This document shows, one piece after another, positions 1 to 8,044 of a stretch of DNA of 28,155 nt. The position numbers and the translations under genes were made by a program. The first letter of the stretch is position 1. Each line of letters begins with the position of its first letter. The DNA comes from a virus. Taxonomy: Duplodnaviria > Caudoviricetes. The stretch spans positions 1-28,155 of IMG/VR virus record IMGVR_UViG_3300037467_001683; one strand, 5' to 3'. The notes beneath the pieces are model-generated. The model was not told the origin of the DNA, ran no database searches, and saw only the letters and a program-made list of their open reading frames with translations.

Positions 1-1
1 C

Positions 2-253
2 CTCGAAGCGAAACTCGACCTCGCGACCTCGCAGCAGGCGCAGCGCCTCGACAACCACGGCGAGACGCTGACCGACCACGAGAACCGCGTGCGCGGGCTG
101 GAGCGCGACATGCCGCACGACGCGCACGCGCGGCTCCGCGCCGTCGAGGAGCGCAAGACGGTCTCCCCGGCGCAACTCTGGACGGTCTGCGCCTCGGGCG
201 TGGCCGCGCTGGGCGGCGGCATCGCCCTCGTCCAGAAGATCGCGGGCTCGTGA
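2..253 (+). CDS. Partial lysis-cassette membrane protein (coiled coil plus C-terminal TM helix)
   Basis: Open frame from the window edge: LEAKLDL...DHENRVRGLER...LWTVCASGVAALGGGIALVQKIAGS*; GTGA overlap with the next gene. Confidence 0.75.
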   Translation, partial: LEAKLDLATSQQAQRLDNHGETLTDHENRVRGLERDMPHDAHARLRAVEERKTVSPAQLWTVCASGVAALGGGIALVQKIAGS

Positions 254-483
254 CCGCGCTCTGGCTCCTCTGGCTCGGCCTCTTCGTCGGGCTGGAGGGC
301 TACGCGCTCGTCTCGAAGCGCGAGGGCGACACGCTCTCGGAGCACGTGTGGCGATGGTTCGGCATCGGCGAGGCGGGCAAGCCCCGCCCGCCCGTGACCG
401 CCTCCGTCCGCGTCCGGCGCTTCGTCCTCCTCGCCTTCGTGACGTGGCTCGCCGTCCACTTCATGACGGGCGGCTTCGTCTGA
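250..483 (+). CDS. Small two-TM membrane protein (holin-associated)
   Basis: 77 aa with hydrophobic N- and C-terminal segments; coupled by GTGA overlap. Confidence 0.75.
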   Translation: MTALWLLWLGLFVGLEGYALVSKREGDTLSEHVWRWFGIGEAGKPRPPVTASVRVRRFVLLAFVTWLAVHFMTGGFV

Positions 484-506
484 CCCTCCCTCGAAAGGAC
501 TCCCCC

Positions 507-740
507 ATGCTCGCCTTCCTCCGCAGGGTCTCCGCGTTCCTGACGCCGGAGATGCGCCGCGCGCTCTACCTCTTCCTCGGCACACTCGGCGCGGTCGCGA
601 CTGGCTTCGGCCTCGCCTCCGAGTCGCAGGTCTCCGAGGTCATCGCCCACATCGGGCACGTCCTCGACTTCCTGGCCCTCGCCCTCGCCGCGGCTCACGT
701 GACGCCGGAGGGCGACGCCGAGGGCGGCGCCGAGGAGTAA
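507..740 (+). CDS. Putative holin (2 TM, actinophage type)
   Basis: RBS GAAAGGA then ATG at 507; TPEMRRALYLFLGTLGAVATGFGL...LALALAAAHV with acidic tail; last gene of the late cassette. Confidence 0.7.
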   Translation: MLAFLRRVSAFLTPEMRRALYLFLGTLGAVATGFGLASESQVSEVIAHIGHVLDFLALALAAAHVTPEGDAEGGAEE

Positions 741-854
741 CCCGTGTAGGTAGTGCAGGAACTACCTACATTCTCTATTACCTCTTTAGGCGCTCTCTCT
801 CTAGAACGGAATAGGGAATGTAGGAAGAACGTGCACTTCCTACACACCGCCCCG
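741..854. repeat. 114-bp nested palindromic element, copy 1
   Basis: 107/114 identical to 21655-21768 by manual alignment; 36-bp imperfect inverted arms around a 30-nt pyrimidine-rich core; four TGTAGG/CCTACA boxes. Confidence 0.95.
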
Positions 855-858
855 CTAC

Positions 859-900
859 AGGCCCCGATGCCCGCCTCCTCGGCGAGCGTCGGGGCCTCTT
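859..900 (+). terminator. Intrinsic terminator-like hairpin
   Basis: AGGCCCCGATGC...GCGTCGGGGCCT followed by CTT. Confidence 0.65.
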
Positions 901-911
901 CGCGTCTTCGC

Positions 912-941
912 TTGCAGAGCGTGCCATCGTGCGTTTACACT
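912..941 (+). promoter_or_regulatory. Class I (host sigma-A type) promoter with overlapping operator motif; leaderless start
   Basis: TTGCAG-N18-TACACT containing CGTGCCATCGTGCGTTTACAC; ATG 6 nt after the -10 box. Confidence 0.8.
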
Positions 942-947
942 CTCCCC

Positions 948-1259
948 ATGACGAACTCCACCGCCACCGCCACCGCCGCCCCCGAGACTGTCGCCTACCT
1001 CACGACGAACGGAGGTTGGGGCGCGTGGGTCCGTGTCACCGTCGCCGACACCCCGGAGGCCGACGCCGCCGCCGCCGCGTTCTTCCGCCGCGCTTGTGCC
1101 TACGAGGTCGGCCAGCAGGACTACGCCGCCTCGCACGTGGACGAGGAGGCGACGACGGGCCTCGGTCCGGCGATGGCGGCGTATTTCTACCCGGTCTGCG
1201 AGCACGGTCTCTCCGCTCACCTTTGCGCAGGCCCGGGCCACTACCCCGCCGACGCCTGA
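948..1259 (+). CDS. Hypothetical early protein with Cys/His motif (CEHGLSAHLCAGPGHYP)
   Basis: 103 aa from ATG 948; GC3-rich codons; sits between a promoter and a terminator. Confidence 0.8.
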   Translation: MTNSTATATAAPETVAYLTTNGGWGAWVRVTVADTPEADAAAAAFFRRACAYEVGQQDYAASHVDEEATTGLGPAMAAYFYPVCEHGLSAHLCAGPGHYPADA

Positions 1260-1272
1260 CCGCCCGACCACG

Positions 1273-1302
1273 AGGGCCTCTCCCATCCGGGAGGGGCCCT
1301 TT
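1273..1302 (+). terminator. Intrinsic terminator
   Basis: AGGGCCTCTCCC-ATCC-GGGAGGGGCCCT then TT. Confidence 0.7.
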
Positions 1303-1312
1303 CGCTTTCCCG

Positions 1313-1340
1313 TGAGCAGCCTCGGACTCCTGGCCCATTC
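1313..1340 (+). promoter_or_regulatory. Class II (phage-specific) promoter
   Basis: TGAGCA-N13-GGCCCATTC followed by CTCTCCTGTCACCC. Confidence 0.75.
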
Positions 1341-1380
1341 CTCTCCTGTCACCCCAACCGACAGAGAGGAACACCTCACC

Positions 1381-1593
1381 GTGTCCAAGTTCATCGACCC
1401 CGAGGCAACTCGGAAGGTCGCCGCCTTCGCGGAGGCCATCGCCGCCGTCGAGGCGAAGTTCGACCTCACCCTCGACCTCCCGAAGCCCGACCGCGAGGGC
1501 CTCGGCATCATCAACGCCGACGCGAAGGTCCACTTCGCGCTCGTCCGCACCTCGGCGACCCCGGGCGCCATCCTCCTCGGGATGGGGGCCTGA
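1381..1593 (+). CDS. Hypothetical protein
   Basis: GTG start after AGAGGA; 70 aa (VSKFIDPEAT...); ends 1 nt before the dNMP kinase start. Confidence 0.75.
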   Translation: MSKFIDPEATRKVAAFAEAIAAVEAKFDLTLDLPKPDREGLGIINADAKVHFALVRTSATPGAILLGMGA

Positions 1594-1594
1594 C

Positions 1595-2179
1595 ATGGCG
1601 CTCGTCGGACTCATGGGGCGCAAGCGCTCCGGCAAGGACTCGTTCGCCTCGGCCCTCATCGAGGACCACGGCTTCCACCGCGTCGCCTTCGCTGACCCGC
1701 TGAAGGCCGCTCTCCTCCGCTTCGACCCGCTCATGCCGACGATGACCGGCGCCGAGCGCCTGTCGAGCATCGTCGCCTCGCACGGCTGGGAGGTGGCGAA
1801 GGGCTACCCGCACGTCCGCCGCGCCCTTCAGGACTACGGCGTCGTCATCCGCGAGGAGGTGGACCCCGAGGCGTGGATTCGCGCGGCGCACCGCCGCATC
1901 GTCTCCGCTCCGTCGGCGCACGTCGTCGTGACGGATGTCCGCTTCCCGAACGAGGTCGCCTTCATCCGCTCGCAGGGCGGGACGCTCGTCTACATCGAGC
2001 GTCCGGGCCTGCCCGACGACGGCGACACGCACGCCTCGGAGACCTCGACCTCCTCGGCGGACGCCGATGTCGTCGTGCTCAACACGGGCACGCTCGAAGA
2101 CCTCCGCCTGGACGCGGGCCTCTTCGTGACCCGGCGCCTCCTCCTCCCGGGGGCGTTCGCGGTCGGGGCGGAGGTCTGA
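1595..2179 (+). CDS. Deoxynucleoside monophosphate kinase
   Basis: P-loop GRKRSGKD, AFADPLK, VVVTDVRFPNE and HASE motifs typical of phage dNMP kinases. Confidence 0.92.
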   Translation: MALVGLMGRKRSGKDSFASALIEDHGFHRVAFADPLKAALLRFDPLMPTMTGAERLSSIVASHGWEVAKGYPHVRRALQDYGVVIREEVDPEAWIRAAHRRIVSAPSAHVVVTDVRFPNEVAFIRSQGGTLVYIERPGLPDDGDTHASETSTSSADADVVVLNTGTLEDLRLDAGLFVTRRLLLPGAFAVGAEV

Positions 2180-2180
2180 C

Positions 2181-2453
2181 GTGGCGCGCCGACAGGCCGA
2201 CATGGAGGAGACCTTCCGCGTCGTCATCACGGGCACTCGCGAGTGGACCATTCGCGGCGAGTGGAGCCCGGAGACCGGCCAGTGGGAGCGCCTCCCCGAG
2301 CCGAAGACGAGGAGGACGCAGGTCTCCGAGGTCTACGGGCCCTACTCGAAGGCGGGCACCGCTCGGGCGCAGGGCTCCCGGGAGTCCCGCGGCCTCATCG
2401 ACGCGACCGTGACCGTCGAGCGCGCGGAGACCGTGTGGAAGGCCATCGAGTGA
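2181..2453 (+). CDS. Hypothetical protein
   Basis: 90 aa, GGAGG RBS, tight operon spacing. Confidence 0.75.
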   Translation: MARRQADMEETFRVVITGTREWTIRGEWSPETGQWERLPEPKTRRTQVSEVYGPYSKAGTARAQGSRESRGLIDATVTVERAETVWKAIE

Positions 2454-2560
2454 GCCTCCCGCGCCCGGACGCCGAGGACGCCTTCCGCGCCGCGGTCTCC
2501 GTCGGCTTCCTCGTCGGCGTGCTCGTCACGGCGACCCTCGTCCGCCTCCTCTTCCTCTGA
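2450..2560 (+). CDS. Small single-TM protein
   Basis: GTGA overlap; 36 aa VSLPRPDAEDAFRAAVSVGFLVGVLVTATLVRLLFL. Confidence 0.6.
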   Translation: MSLPRPDAEDAFRAAVSVGFLVGVLVTATLVRLLFL

Positions 2561-2573
2561 CCACTCCCTCCCC

Positions 2574-2609
2574 GGGCCCCCGTCCTCCTCGCCGAGGGCG
2601 GGGGCCCTT
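2574..2609 (+). terminator. GC-rich hairpin (terminator or attenuator) upstream of RNR
   Basis: GGGCCCCCGTCCTC-CTCGCC-GAGGGCGGGGGCCC then TT. Confidence 0.55.
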
Positions 2610-2630
2610 GCCACGAAAGGCGTTTCACGC

Positions 2631-4760
2631 ATGACCTCCTCCTCCGTCCCGTTCGGCCCGACCGGCGAGACCGTTTACACCCGCACCTACGCTCGCCCGA
2701 AGCCGGACGGCTCGCTGGAGACGTGGCCCGAGACCGTGCGCCGCGTCGCCGAGGGAAACCTCTCCCTCGTCTACGGGCCGCGCTCGACCTGGGCCCCCGA
2801 GGCGCACGCCGAGTTCGAGCGCCTCTGCACCTACATGGACGACTTCCGCCTCCTCCCGGGCGGGCGCCACCTCTGGGCCTCCGGCGTCAAGGGTCGGCAG
2901 TACCTCTTCAACTGTCACGTCGCGGGCTGGGGCGAGACGCTCGCCGAGCACTTCGAGTTCACCTTCCAGCGCCTCGCCGAGGGCGGCGGCGTGGGGGCGA
3001 ACTACTCCTCGAAGTACCTCGCCCGCTACGGCGCCCCGCGTCGCTCGCTGAAGGTGCACATCGTCTGTGACCCGACGCACCCGGACTACGACGACATGGT
3101 GGCCGCGGGCCTCATCTCGACGGACTACTCGCACGAGTGGGACGGCGCCTTCGCCGTCGAGGACTCGCGCGAGGGCATCGCCGCGGCGCTCGTGGACCTC
3201 GTGGACACCTTCATGACGGACGCGCCGGTCGAGCACGAGAACCGCGTCTTCGACATGAGCCGCGTCCGTCGCAAGGGCGCCGCCCTGCGCACGTTCGGCG
3301 GCACCGCCTCGGGGCCGGAGCCGTTCGCCCGCCTCCTCCACAAGGTCGCCGAGGTCATGAACGGCAACCGCGAGAACGGCTTCCGCCTCGATGTCACCTA
3401 CGCGGGCGCGCGGCAACTCTCCCCGCTCGACGCGATGGAGATTGACCACGCCATCGGCGAGGCGGTCGTGGCGGGCGGCGTCCGGCGCTCGGCGCGCATG
3501 TCCATCGTCCACTGGCGCGACCCCTTCATCCTCGACTTCCTCGCGTGCAAGGAAGACCCGTCGAAGCACTGGACGACGAACGTCTCGGTCGAGGTGGACG
3601 ACGACTTCACGGCGGACATGGGCCGCGAGGGCTCGGCGGCGTGGCTCATCCTCCAGAAGGTCGCGGAGCGGATGCTCACGAACGGCGAGCCCGGGCTCTG
3701 GAACTCGTCCCTCTCGAACGTCGGCGAGGTCGGGACCGTCATCGCGACGAACCCGTGTGGTGAGATCGCCCTCGAACCGTGGGAGAACTGCAACCTCGGG
3801 CACGTGAACCTCGACGCCTTCGCCTCGGGCGGGCTCGCCCTCACGGCGGAACTCCGCGAGGCGCACGTCCTCATGACGCGCTTCCTCATGCGTGCCACGT
3901 GTGGCGACGTGAACGACCCGAAGCAGGCCGCGCGGCTCGACCTGAACCGGCGCATCGGCGTCGGGCATCTCGGCGTCCAAGGCTTCCTCGTGAAGCAGGG
4001 CATCCGCTACTCGGCGGCGCCGTACTACGCGGGCTTCGAGGCGCTCCTCGAAGACCTCTACCTCGTGGTCCGCGAGGAGGCCCGTCGCTACGCCTTCCGC
4101 CTCCGTATGCCGGAGCCCGTGAAGGTGACGACGGTCGCCCCGACCGGGACCATCGCGAAGATGCCTGGGGTCGCCGAGGGCATTCACCCGATCTACTCGC
4201 GGCACTTCCTCCGGCGCGTGCGTTTCTCGATGACCTCGGAGCGGGAGCGGGACATCGTGGAGCGGGCGGAGTTCGACGGCTTCCACGTGGAGCCCGATGT
4301 CTACGACCCGAGCGGGAACACGGCGGTCGTCACCTACCCGACGAAGGACATCCTCGTCGCGCAGGTCGAGGCCCTCGGGCTCCCGGCGTCGCTCGTGGAG
4401 GGACAGGACGACATCTCGCCTGCGGACCTCCTGAAGATGCAGGCGCTCTATCAGCGCGCCTGGGCGGACAACGCCGTGTCCTTCACGGTCAACATCCCCG
4501 CCGAGCCCCATCAGGACGAGGCGCTCCGCTCCGGCGCGATGACGCCCCCGCCGCCGTCGGCGGAGGCCGTGCGCGACCTCGTGGAGACGCTGACCCGGGC
4601 GCTCCCGGACCTGAAGGGTACGACCGTCATGCTCGACGGCTCGCGCCCGCAGGCGCCTTACGAGCGCATTACCGCTTCGGAATACGAAGCCGCCGCCGCC
4701 CGCCTTATCGCGGACGGCGTGGACGAGGACTGTGCCTCTGGCGCGTGCCCCGTCCGATAG
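2631..4760 (+). CDS. nrdJ: Class II (adenosylcobalamin-dependent) ribonucleotide reductase
   Basis: VYTRTYAR, LPGGRHLW, LFNC, GGVRRSA, TNPCGEI active-site loop, TTVAPTGT, C-terminal CASGACP; no nrdB/F partner in the window. Confidence 0.92.
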   Translation: MTSSSVPFGPTGETVYTRTYARPKPDGSLETWPETVRRVAEGNLSLVYGPRSTWAPEAHAEFERLCTYMDDFRLLPGGRHLWASGVKGRQYLFNCHVAGWGETLAEHFEFTFQRLAEGGGVGANYSSKYLARYGAPRRSLKVHIVCDPTHPDYDDMVAAGLISTDYSHEWDGAFAVEDSREGIAAALVDLVDTFMTDAPVEHENRVFDMSRVRRKGAALRTFGGTASGPEPFARLLHKVAEVMNGNRENGFRLDVTYAGARQLSPLDAMEIDHAIGEAVVAGGVRRSARMSIVHWRDPFILDFLACKEDPSKHWTTNVSVEVDDDFTADMGREGSAAWLILQKVAERMLTNGEPGLWNSSLSNVGEVGTVIATNPCGEIALEPWENCNLGHVNLDAFASGGLALTAELREAHVLMTRFLMRATCGDVNDPKQAARLDLNRRIGVGHLGVQGFLVKQGIRYSAAPYYAGFEALLEDLYLVVREEARRYAFRLRMPEPVKVTTVAPTGTIAKMPGVAEGIHPIYSRHFLRRVRFSMTSERERDIVERAEFDGFHVEPDVYDPSGNTAVVTYPTKDILVAQVEALGLPASLVEGQDDISPADLLKMQALYQRAWADNAVSFTVNIPAEPHQDEALRSGAMTPPPPSAEAVRDLVETLTRALPDLKGTTVMLDGSRPQAPYERITASEYEAAAARLIADGVDEDCASGACPVR

Positions 4761-4776
4761 AACGCGACTCCACCCA

Positions 4777-4811
4777 AAAGGCCCCCGTCTCTTATCGAGG
4801 CGGGGGCCTTT
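4777..4811. terminator. Intrinsic terminator, possibly bidirectional
   Basis: AAAGGCCCCCGTCTC-TTATC-GAGGCGGGGGCCTTT. Confidence 0.75.
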
Positions 4812-4836
4812 GCTCGTTACCGGAGCGTACGGAGCG

Positions 4837-4872
4837 TAGGCACGCGGGCTCACACTTCGCTATGCTCCCCGC
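4837..4872 (+). promoter_or_regulatory. Host-type leaderless promoter of the repressor candidate
   Basis: TAGGCA-N18-TATGCT-CCCCGC-ATG; no Shine-Dalgarno; preceded by tandem CGGAGCGTA x2 (4821-4838). Confidence 0.6.
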
Positions 4873-5460
4873 ATGGCTACCGACCTAGAACTCCTCGGCG
4901 AGGACGACCTTCGCAAGGCCGCGACGAAATACCTGCGCGCGGCAATTCGCCTAGAGCCGCGATATCGCTCTCCCGAGTTCCGCCGTGTCGCGGACATTCT
5001 CGTGGAACTCCGCTCTCGGTATACGACCGGCGACGGCACGCCCGATTGGGCGGGCAACTCATTCGCTTATCGGCAGATAGTCGCGGACATTTACTCGCAC
5101 GCGGGATTACCCGCCGACGGGCAATCTTCGATCAAAGCCTCTATTCGCTATCACGTCGGGAATGCTCTGCGCGAGCGTGTAAACGCGGAGGAACTCGAAG
5201 ACGCCGGACTCATCGCGGAGACACCGCGGCAACGTCACTTCGTCCGGCAAAACCCGAAGGCCACGAAGCGAGAGGCCGAGCGCCTCGCGTCGGACACCGT
5301 GGCAAGCCTCTACACGCTCGCGAGCCGCCTCGCCAGCCTCGACAAGCGCGCCGTGGACACGCTCACCTCGGCGGACCGCGCCCGCGTAGCGCAGGCGACC
5401 CGGACGCTTCAACAGTGGCTCCGCGAGACCGCCGAAAATGTCGATGACCTGAGCACCTAA
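4873..5460 (+). CDS. Putative immunity repressor / DNA-binding protein (resembles the phiC31 c repressor domain)
   Basis: Pattern LVELRSRY..GTPDWAGNSFAYR...IRYHVGNALRERV..EEL..AGL recalled from phiC31-family repressors; stand-alone transcription unit; atypical codon usage. Confidence 0.6.
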   Translation: MATDLELLGEDDLRKAATKYLRAAIRLEPRYRSPEFRRVADILVELRSRYTTGDGTPDWAGNSFAYRQIVADIYSHAGLPADGQSSIKASIRYHVGNALRERVNAEELEDAGLIAETPRQRHFVRQNPKATKREAERLASDTVASLYTLASRLASLDKRAVDTLTSADRARVAQATRTLQQWLRETAENVDDLST

Positions 5461-5478
5461 CCCGGTCCTGGCCCATTC
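5450..5478 (+). promoter_or_regulatory. Class II promoter overlapping the repressor stop codon
   Basis: TGAGCA-N14-GGCCCATTC then CTTTCGTGTCACCC. Confidence 0.78.
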
Positions 5479-5509
5479 CTTTCGTGTCACCCGACACGAA
5501 AGGAATCCC

Positions 5510-6442
5510 ATGACCACCCCGAAGGTCTCCACCATTTCCCGCGGCGGTTCGCGTTTCTACGTGAACCCCGACACGGGACGCAAGAACCCCGGCGTTACCT
5601 CCGTCCTGAACATGCTCCCGAAGCCGTTCCTCACGTTCTGGGCGGCGAAGATGGTCGCCGAGTTCGCCGTCGAGAACATGGGCGATGTCGTCGGCATCGC
5701 CATGAAGGACAAGGCCGCGGCGGTCGAACTCCTGAAGGGCGCCCCGCGCCGCTTCACGAAGAACTCCGCCGATGTCGGCTCGGACGCGCACGACCTCTTC
5801 GAGGCCATCGCGAAGGGCGAGGACATCCGCGTCACGCCCGCCCTGAAGCCGTACATCGACCACTTCCGCGAGTTCCTGGAGGTCGCGAAGCCCGAGTTCG
5901 TCTTCCTCGAAGAGACCGTGTGGTCCGATGACTTCGGTTACGCGGGCTCGTTCGATGCGCTCGCTCGCCTGACCGGCGACGTGGGCGACCTGAAGGGCAA
6001 ACTCCTCTTCATGGACTGGAAGACCACCCGGTCCGGCGTCCACGAGGAGGTCGCTCTCCAACTCTGCGCGTACTCCCGCGCGACGCACATCGTCCGCCCG
6101 GACGGCTCCCGTGTCCCGCTCCCGAAGGCCGAGGGCGGCGCCGTGCTCCTCGTCCGCCCCGAGGGCTGGAAACTCGTCCCGGTCGAGGTCGGCGAGGTCA
6201 CGCTCGCCGAGCCCGTGCTCCACGAGCCGACCGGCGATGTCGTGGTCCCGGGCCACACGGTCGATGTCTTCGACTACTTCCTCGCCCTGCGCGAAGTCCT
6301 CGATTGGGACGCCGAGGTGAAGAAGCGCGTCATCGGCAAGCCCGTCGCGGCGGGCGGCGAGTTCAAGCCCGGAGAGCAGAGCGGGCCCATCAACAAGCCG
6401 AAGGCCGCTCCACGCGCCCGGGCGAAGGCGGCGGCGAAGTGA
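5510..6442 (+). CDS. Cas4-like / PD-(D/E)XK exonuclease
   Basis: PGVTSVL, GSDAH, LEETV, YAGSFD, DWKT, QLCAY motifs. Confidence 0.88.
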   Translation: MTTPKVSTISRGGSRFYVNPDTGRKNPGVTSVLNMLPKPFLTFWAAKMVAEFAVENMGDVVGIAMKDKAAAVELLKGAPRRFTKNSADVGSDAHDLFEAIAKGEDIRVTPALKPYIDHFREFLEVAKPEFVFLEETVWSDDFGYAGSFDALARLTGDVGDLKGKLLFMDWKTTRSGVHEEVALQLCAYSRATHIVRPDGSRVPLPKAEGGAVLLVRPEGWKLVPVEVGEVTLAEPVLHEPTGDVVVPGHTVDVFDYFLALREVLDWDAEVKKRVIGKPVAAGGEFKPGEQSGPINKPKAAPRARAKAAAK

Positions 6443-6636
6443 GCCGCTACCGCGACCTCCAGCCCGACGAGGAGGCCCGCCTCCGGGCCCTCCCGGACTT
6501 CGAGGAGTTCGAGGACGCCTACGTGGACACCCTGACCGGGCTCGTCCACCTCTCGGCGTTCGAGGACGACGCCTCGGCGCCGGAGGGCTACCGGACGCAG
6601 CGCTGGACGCGCGCCCTCGTCGGAGGTGCCCGATGA
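6439..6636 (+). CDS. Hypothetical acidic protein
   Basis: 65 aa; GTGA and ATGA overlaps at both ends. Confidence 0.7.
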   Translation: MSRYRDLQPDEEARLRALPDFEEFEDAYVDTLTGLVHLSAFEDDASAPEGYRTQRWTRALVGGAR

Positions 6637-7031
6637 AGCACGGTCCGTTCGTCATTGGTCACGATGACCTCGTGTGGCTCGCGGGCCTCCTCGAAGGCGA
6701 AGGCACGTTCGACCTCCACCGCGGGAAGTACCCGCGCATCCGCGTCGGTATGACCGACCGCGACGTGGTGGGCCGCGCGGCGACCCTCATGGGCTCGCGC
6801 ATCCGCATGACCATCTCGAAGGTCCACAAGACGACCTTCCACGCGGAGGTCTCCGGCGACCGCGCGGCGGACATCATGCGGGCGCTCCTGCCTCACATGG
6901 GCGCCCGCCGCTCCTCGAAGATCGGCGACATTCTCGGCGGTCTCGCGTTCCGGCGCGAGGGGCTGGAGAACCGCGTCTCGTTCCCCGGTCCGGCGCTCAC
7001 ACGCCCGCCCGGGACACGCGCCTCGGCGTGA
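6633..7031 (+). CDS. Single-motif LAGLIDADG endonuclease-like protein
   Basis: WLAGLLEGEGTF motif, MTDRDVV, LLPHMGARRSSKI. Confidence 0.85.
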   Translation: MKHGPFVIGHDDLVWLAGLLEGEGTFDLHRGKYPRIRVGMTDRDVVGRAATLMGSRIRMTISKVHKTTFHAEVSGDRAADIMRALLPHMGARRSSKIGDILGGLAFRREGLENRVSFPGPALTRPPGTRASA

Positions 7032-7037
7032 CCCCAC

Positions 7038-7070
7038 AAGGGCCCTCGGACTTCGGTCCGGGGGCCCTTT
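7038..7070 (+). terminator. Intrinsic terminator
   Basis: AAGGGCCCTCGGA-CTTCGG-TCCGGGGGCCCTTT, UUCG loop. Confidence 0.8.
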
Positions 7071-7087
7071 CGCGTGCCTGGGGGCCA

Positions 7088-7116
7088 TGAGCAGCGCGGG
7101 GGCGACTGGCCCATTC
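7088..7116 (+). promoter_or_regulatory. Class II promoter
   Basis: TGAGCA-N14-GGCCCATTC. Confidence 0.78.
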
Positions 7117-7175
7117 CTTCCTTGCCCCACCGCGGGCTGGAACGAAACCGCCTCCTGAAAGTGAGAACTCAGAAC

Positions 7176-7832
7176 ATGATCGACCTCTTCGACCCCTCCC
7201 TCCAGACCGAGGGCGCCCGCTTCGGCTCCGACGACATCGTGGGCAACTTCCGCTCGGGCTATCAGGTGAACGACACGCCCGCCTCGCTCTCCGAGTGGCG
7301 CGTCACGACGGGCGACCCGGACGCCGCGGACGCCATCGCGAAGATGCTCGGCGCCTCCGCGGGTCCGCAGTCGTGGGCCACGAAGTCCGAGCAGACGATC
7401 GAGGTCTTCACGACCTCCGGCGAGGTCGAGGTGCTCCTCGACGGCGCCGCCGCCGTGGACGCCCGGATGCTCATCTGGCCCCGCGGTCAGAAGAAGATCG
7501 TCGTCTGCGACAACTCGGTCTTCGAGACCGACGGCAAGCCGTACGTCTGCGAGATGGGCGGCTTCCGCAACCGCAAGGAGCACGAGGAGCAGGGCCACGT
7601 GTGCCAGCCGCGCGTCTCGGTCACGTTCCGCCTCGCCGACGACCCGGACCTCGGCCTCTGGAAGTTCGAGTCCGGCGCGTGGAGCCTCGCGACCGTCGTC
7701 GGCAAGGCCATCGGCGACCTCGCGAAGATCGAGGGCACCGCGCGGGCGACGCTCTCGCTGGAGCGCGTCGAGATGAAGAACGGCAACGTCTTCACGAAGC
7801 CGGTCATCGACGTGCTCGGCGCCGCCGAGTGA
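7176..7832 (+). CDS. Recombination directionality factor (phiC31 gp3-like)
   Basis: GNFRSG...SLSEWRVTTGDP..A..IA..LG and CQP.V.VTFRLADDPDLGLWKFESGAW patterns; serine integrase in the same genome. Confidence 0.8.
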   Translation: MIDLFDPSLQTEGARFGSDDIVGNFRSGYQVNDTPASLSEWRVTTGDPDAADAIAKMLGASAGPQSWATKSEQTIEVFTTSGEVEVLLDGAAAVDARMLIWPRGQKKIVVCDNSVFETDGKPYVCEMGGFRNRKEHEEQGHVCQPRVSVTFRLADDPDLGLWKFESGAWSLATVVGKAIGDLAKIEGTARATLSLERVEMKNGNVFTKPVIDVLGAAE

Positions 7833-7981
7833 CGGGCCTCATCCGGTCGCTCCTCCTCGTCGGTACTCCCCTCCTGGGCGCTCGTCGCCGGGAGCGGGAG
7901 GCCCGGGAGGACTACGAGCGCCTCATCGAGCGCAACACCGCGGCGCGCGTCGCCCGCTTCCACTTCCCTCCCCGCGACTGA
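7829..7981 (+). CDS. Small hypothetical protein
   Basis: GTGA overlap; 50 aa with hydrophobic N-terminus. Confidence 0.55.
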   Translation: MTGLIRSLLLVGTPLLGARRREREAREDYERLIERNTAARVARFHFPPRD

Positions 7982-7984
7982 CCC

Positions 7985-8020
7985 GAAGGCCCGCCTCCAC
8001 TACTCCGGGGGCGGGCCTTC
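7985..8020. terminator. Terminator-like hairpin
   Basis: GAAGGCCCGCCTCC-N8-GGGGGCGGGCCTTC. Confidence 0.6.
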
Positions 8021-8044
8021 CCTCTACCTCGAAAGCGAGTCACC

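Noticed and set aside
753-947. N-terminal extension MQELPTFSITSLGALSL... of ORF 753-1259 and the similar ORF 21667-21855
   Set aside because: Both are read through the 114-bp palindrome and promoter, have no RBS and use atypical codons; their similarity comes from the DNA repeat, not a protein family
2561-2630. Cobalamin riboswitch ahead of the B12-dependent RNR
   Set aside because: Only 70 nt with a single hairpin and no recognisable B12 box
2625-4853. Long minus-strand ORFs (also 8457-10952, 11398-12819, 19880-21613, 22904-24823, 26702-28111)
   Set aside because: Antisense shadows of high-GC3 genes; Arg/Gly-rich with no motifs, and fully overlapping well-supported + strand genes
5510-6442. 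Cas4-like nuclease as evidence of a CRISPR-Cas system
   Set aside because: No repeat-spacer array or other cas genes; stand-alone Cas4-like exonucleases are usual in actinophage recombination modules
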